Source of the DNA: a virus
Lineage: Duplodnaviria; Caudoviricetes
Virus record (IMG/VR): IMGVR_UViG_3300042972_000017
Location: 1 to 41,611 of that record
DNA length: 41,611 nt
Reading direction: 5' to 3' (one strand)
The position numbers were made by a program, and so were the translations under genes. Of the stretch, positions 37,384 to 41,611 are shown piece after piece (position 1 is the stretch's first letter; every line of letters starts with the position of its first letter). Below the pieces are notes generated by a model, which saw only the letters and a list, made by a program, of their open reading frames with translations, was not told the origin of the DNA and did no database searches.

Positions 37384-37866
37384 CTAAACCTTATCGTGTA
37401 TCCGCTTTCTTTTCATCAGGTTAATGCCTTTCTTTGAATACTGGTCACGCACTCGGTAATATCTCTGCCGGACTGTATCGGCATAAGAAATATCGATTCC
37501 ATGTTCTTCACAGTAGGCATATATGGCTGTCATTAAATTGCAGCCGATATCTGACATATCCCCTAATTCATTCCAAAGGTTTCTCTTGAAGAGATATTCA
37601 CAGCATTCTTCAATTGCTATTTTTCCTCTTGGGGACATATAATTATAAAATTGTGCCGGTTTAGAAACTGAATCGGGTATACATATAGCCGTCAAATCTT
37701 CTCTTGCCACATCCGGCAACCTACCCTCAGGAAGCCTTTGTATAAAATTATGAATAGTCGAATTCTCTATCGACTGATTCGGAAATACAACAGGGTCTCC
37801 CAAAGAATGAGTTATAAATTGTTTGACAAAAGGTTTTAACTTAATGTAAATAAGAAACTGGCTCAT
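37384..37866 (-). CDS. Putative transcription regulator (late activator candidate)
   Basis: Start MSQFLIY downstream of TATATTTG (37893-37900); basic HTH-like C-terminus AIYAYCEEHGI...TVRQRYYRVR; sits between the replication and late genes. Confidence 0.5.
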   Translation of the reverse strand: MSQFLIYIKLKPFVKQFITHSLGDPVVFPNQSIENSTIHNFIQRLPEGRLPDVAREDLTAICIPDSVSKPAQFYNYMSPRGKIAIEECCEYLFKRNLWNELGDMSDIGCNLMTAIYAYCEEHGIDISYADTVRQRYYRVRDQYSKKGINLMKRKRIHDKV

Positions 37867-37989
37867 AAGGTCTTCCGTTAATGTTAATAGTGCAAATATA
37901 ATGATTTTTCTGCGGTTTTCCATATATTAATGGGGATTTCTAATAATCATTGGAAAATTAGGTTTCAAAATCAGATAGCCATTTTCGAC

Positions 37990-38248
37990 ACCCACAGCAC
38001 CCACAAGCACACACAAAATTACATATTATTGATAATCAGATATTTATATATTTTATGCTTCTTCAATTTTGTGTGTAATCCTTATATTTGTGTGTAAATC
38101 AAAATATAAGATTCTTCTACGTGGAAGATTGTGGGTGAAATGTGTGTAAATAACATCTCTGTAAGTCATTGATAATGAACGTGTGTGTATTTGTGTGTAA
38201 CGTGTGTAATTCATCTTGAATTTACCAAATATCCCTTGTACACACACA
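37990..38248. repeat. Iteron-like GTGTGTA/CACACA array with AT-rich core, putative replication origin
   Basis: GTGTGTA at 38071, 38090, 38142, 38183, 38193 and 38202, with inverted copies at 37990-38020; ATTGATAAT twice; directly downstream of the primase-helicase. Confidence 0.6.
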
Positions 38249-38249
38249 T

Positions 38250-38284
38250 GAAAAAAGGCCGGACGTTTCGCAACGGCCGACCTT
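38250..38284 (-). terminator. Intrinsic terminator after the primase gene
   Basis: GGTCGGCCGTT gcga AACGTCCGGCC followed by T6 on the minus strand. Confidence 0.65.
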
Positions 38285-38317
38285 GAGGTCTCATTCATCA
38301 TTTTTAAGCCTATATCT

Positions 38318-41300
38318 TTAAAACGGCAAATCCTTTTCCCGCATTTGTTCTTCATCTGAGTCTTGACTAGATACCCTTGTTTCAAGGTTCAACTCAAATT
38401 TATTCTGTAAGAGCCGATAGTCGAAACAAAACGGATTATCAAACTGTTCCAGATCCACATACTTGTCCTGGCCATTGGTACCTATCATCTTTTTCTGCTG
38501 CGTCTGGCCGTTGATTATTACTTTGAATCTCTCAGAGCCTTTCTTTCTTCCAAGGAATCCAGGAGAAGTCTGAAGATAAAATCTTATACTTCTCTCAGAC
38601 ATTACCTTTTCATCGGTCATCTTAGCTGCCTTTTTGTATTGTAATATTATCTTCTTCGGTCTAATCATCAGAATCGGCTGAGCTGTAGGAAATTGTCTGT
38701 CCTGGATAATGTTGGTAGATATTTCACTAATATATTTCAACTTGAAATCTGATTCCGGATAGATCATTCCCGTTTCATTCATATACTGGAACATATCCCA
38801 GAAATTTCCCATCTCATTGCTCGCTGCACATTCTTCATTCTGCCTCTTTATGCCATCAATGACGATCTGTTTCATCTCCATATAATTCCATGGCAGATTT
38901 ATAACATTCACCAGGCATTTATAAGAAGCAAGCAGTACTGACCAATCTCTCCATATACGGTCTTCAACCTCATTGCTTTGCAAACTCTTATTAATATCCT
39001 CACTTACGAAATTATATTCTTTATAGAATGTATTCTCGAAGATTTTCCGATGGCTTAGTATCTCATTGGTCAAATGGCTAACACCCATTTTCCTAATTGC
39101 CGTCAGTTCATTGAATTTTTCTTTTGCCTGACGATCATAGACTGTTCTGTCAAATGTAAGGAATATCGTTCTCGAAAACAGTGCGATATCCACAGTTGGC
39201 ATTTCCTGTCCGGACAGAATCACAGCTGAATCAACACTCGTAATTTCTCTCTTTTTATCCAGATCCATATTCATACGACTTCTTCCAGTGCCATCATACA
39301 ATCCTTTCAGGAACTCTATCTTCACCGGATCTATACTATTCTTATATTCGTCAATATGAACCAGAGCATCCGAACATTGTGCTATTGCATCCGCAAGAGC
39401 TGCTATAGTCGCATTCTGTACATTCAGTGGTGTATTGTTTTTGATAAAGAAAGACATTAAGGTGTGTCCGAGTTCGGACTTACCGGATCCTTTAGGTCCG
39501 AAAAGGTTAAGGATTGGAAAATTCTTTGTATAACTTACCACGATATCCCTGAAGAGCGTAGCGAATAGAAACATGATTCCGCATTTACCATTATCACCAA
39601 AGACATCTGCAATCATACTGCAGTAATTCTTTAATGTTATCGAGGAATGATTATCGTCATGGATGAACATTCTTTCAAACTTGAACATATCTTTCCGATC
39701 TGTATATATCTTACTCATCGCAGGAAGATAGTAATTGTCAGTTCCTGCTATTTCTCCTTTTTCATTATATTTGTCGATTCTTACTATTCCGTAATCATCC
39801 ACTTTTAGGAATTTCCCATCAACCACTATCCCATTGCCCCAAACGTAGAAACCTGAAGCATTCCATCCTAATTGCTTAATCTCAACAGCAGTTTCAGTAT
39901 TATCATAAAGATAATCTCCAAAGGAGTTGAGTTGGTCCGGGCCTGCTTTCCATCTAAAATTCCCCATGGAGCCAACACGCTCACGGAAATTCTGAAGAGA
40001 ATACATTTCGGCTTCTTTCATTTCTACAAGAGCCTCTTCACCGTTTATATTTATCAACTTATATATTCGCTTTGAATTATAAGGATCCTTAATATGAAAT
40101 AATGGACGCATAATAAAATTGGACCACTGTACCCCATTAGCACTATAGCAACAGTTCTTTTCTTCATAGAAGCCATAATTCTTTAAAAGGTCTATATCTC
40201 CTTGCTTGCTGATGGCTTCAGCTTTCTTGCGTTCGCGATCCTTTATAGCCTGCTTTTGGGCTGACCTCCAAATCGTCTTACTACCGTATTTATTACCCAA
40301 CTTATCAATAATTGTATTTTGGGTATAGTCATCATCAATAAGGATAGCTATTGAGCATATCTCCTTTATTTTGTCTGCTCTTTCTGTCGTATTATCATTT
40401 GCATCAAATAGTTTTTCTGCATACCAGATTACAAAGTCTTCTTCATCTATGGTACCCAGCATCACTGCAGAAGTAATGTAACTGTCAGCATCTTGTTTCT
40501 CACCATTCTTCTTTTGTGGAATTTCCTTAACAGTTACACGGAACCCGGCTTGCATAGCCAACCGTCCGTTACGCATCGCAATTTGAAAACCCGGACCGAT
40601 TTTCTGACCACGTTTTTGATCTGAATCTGGTATGATGCAAAGTGTAGCATTGCTATTCCGTCTCCCAAAGAGAGATTGCAACATATAGAATTGCTTGTTC
40701 GTCCATGAAGCACCTAAAGCAGCAACCGAGTTTTCTACACCTAGCGACTGTAATTTCATACAGTCCGGAGCACCTTCTACACAATATATTTTATTCTCCG
40801 ATATAGCTTTTGAGCGAGCAATATCGAGACCGAACAAATTGATACCTTTCTCAAATATAAACGAATTCTTATTGTTCAGATACTTCACCGTATCTGAATC
40901 CTCATCCATCGTCCTGGCAGTAAAGGCAATAACACGCCCATATTTATCTGTTATCGGGATCATTATCCGATCACGAAAGAAATCGATATAATTTCCTTTA
41001 CTTGAACGGTGGATAAGTCCAGCTTCCTCCATCAATTTTAGGTCATACCCTTTCTGTTTTGCGAACCTTACAAGAGCATCCCATTCTTTAGGAGCATATC
41101 CGATTCCTCTTATCTCGCCAAAATCCTTGTCCTGATCGTCTATATCCCCTTTCTTAGTAACAATTCTCGAATTCCACCTATGGTTAACATAGTCCAATGC
41201 AGCCTTCGATTCAGGCTCTTTGATTTTGGAGCGATAGAAATGAGCTACTGCATCATAGATAATGAACATAGATTCACGCTTCTTGATTTCGCGAATCTCT

Positions 41301-41611
41301 TCATCAGAATATTCCGTCTGATCCTCTTTTACATCAATATTGTATTTCTTTGCCAGGAACTTGATTGCCTCAGGAAAGGTCAGACCTTCAATCTCTTCTA
41401 TGAATTTCACAGGATTACCGCCCTTGCCACACACGAAACAATGGCAAATATTCTTGGCGGGCGATACGATAAACGAAGGATGATGATCAGAATGAAACGG
41501 ACAAATACCTTTATAGTTTACGCCTGACTTTTTCAAATCTACATAGTCTGATACGACGTCTACTATATTAGCTCTGTCAAAAACTGTTTCTATTGTTTGC
41601 TTACTTATCAT
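38318..41611 (-). CDS. DnaG-type primase fused to a P-loop NTPase/helicase
   Basis: CHC2 Zn finger (CPFH...CFVC), FRDRIMIPI, KYLN, TOPRIM VEGAPD...PDSD, Walker A GPKGSGKS, Walker B VHIDEY. Confidence 0.92.
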   Translation of the reverse strand: MISKQTIETVFDRANIVDVVSDYVDLKKSGVNYKGICPFHSDHHPSFIVSPAKNICHCFVCGKGGNPVKFIEEIEGLTFPEAIKFLAKKYNIDVKEDQTEYSDEEIREIKKRESMFIIYDAVAHFYRSKIKEPESKAALDYVNHRWNSRIVTKKGDIDDQDKDFGEIRGIGYAPKEWDALVRFAKQKGYDLKLMEEAGLIHRSSKGNYIDFFRDRIMIPITDKYGRVIAFTARTMDEDSDTVKYLNNKNSFIFEKGINLFGLDIARSKAISENKIYCVEGAPDCMKLQSLGVENSVAALGASWTNKQFYMLQSLFGRRNSNATLCIIPDSDQKRGQKIGPGFQIAMRNGRLAMQAGFRVTVKEIPQKKNGEKQDADSYITSAVMLGTIDEEDFVIWYAEKLFDANDNTTERADKIKEICSIAILIDDDYTQNTIIDKLGNKYGSKTIWRSAQKQAIKDRERKKAEAISKQGDIDLLKNYGFYEEKNCCYSANGVQWSNFIMRPLFHIKDPYNSKRIYKLININGEEALVEMKEAEMYSLQNFRERVGSMGNFRWKAGPDQLNSFGDYLYDNTETAVEIKQLGWNASGFYVWGNGIVVDGKFLKVDDYGIVRIDKYNEKGEIAGTDNYYLPAMSKIYTDRKDMFKFERMFIHDDNHSSITLKNYCSMIADVFGDNGKCGIMFLFATLFRDIVVSYTKNFPILNLFGPKGSGKSELGHTLMSFFIKNNTPLNVQNATIAALADAIAQCSDALVHIDEYKNSIDPVKIEFLKGLYDGTGRSRMNMDLDKKREITSVDSAVILSGQEMPTVDIALFSRTIFLTFDRTVYDRQAKEKFNELTAIRKMGVSHLTNEILSHRKIFENTFYKEYNFVSEDINKSLQSNEVEDRIWRDWSVLLASYKCLVNVINLPWNYMEMKQIVIDGIKRQNEECAASNEMGNFWDMFQYMNETGMIYPESDFKLKYISEISTNIIQDRQFPTAQPILMIRPKKIILQYKKAAKMTDEKVMSERSIRFYLQTSPGFLGRKKGSERFKVIINGQTQQKKMIGTNGQDKYVDLEQFDNPFCFDYRLLQNKFELNLETRVSSQDSDEEQMREKDLPF

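Larger units (their letters stand above)
1..41611. mobile_element. Temperate Bacteroidales prophage (siphovirus-like), ends not in window
   Basis: Integrase, terminase, portal, capsid, Clp protease, tape measure, lysis genes and primase are all present. Bacteroidetes TAnnTTTG -7 promoter boxes precede operons. Confidence 0.95.

Noticed and set aside
37261-38248. CRISPR array
   Set aside because: Repeats are 6-10 bp without unique 30-40 bp spacers, and there are no cas genes
1-41611. attL/attR, tRNA or rRNA genes, repressor
   Set aside because: None recognisable; the window ends at gene starts, so the prophage boundaries lie outside

Overview
The whole window is the body of a Bacteroidales (Prevotella/Bacteroides-type) temperate siphovirus-like prophage. 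It is clipped at the integrase start codon on the left and the primase start codon on the right, so the att sites and the repressor lie outside. Nearly all genes are on the minus strand. Read in the direction of transcription: primase-helicase, putative origin, putative late regulator, Clp protease/scaffold, capsid, tail tube, PLD-like nuclease, terminase, an accessory island (IS1595 element, Dam-ParB-nuclease trio, DUF4468-like moron, antisense-RNA-controlled small-gene operon), portal and neck genes, tail-tip genes, a complete diversity-generating retroelement (DGR), lysis genes, tape measure, tail protein, and the convergent integrase. Highlights: (1) the DGR shows adenine-only TR/VR differences, yet its RT has FVDN instead of YxDD, a ~50-aa insertion, a ~170-aa C-terminal extra domain and no recognisable avd gene; (2) a three-gene methylase-ParB-nuclease candidate defence cassette; (3) a C4/CI-like antisense RNA switch; (4) a phage-specific promoter motif repeated five times, a 10-bp-phased repeat array, and iteron-like motifs shared between two distant sites. 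All protein family calls come from motif recognition by eye, not database searches.
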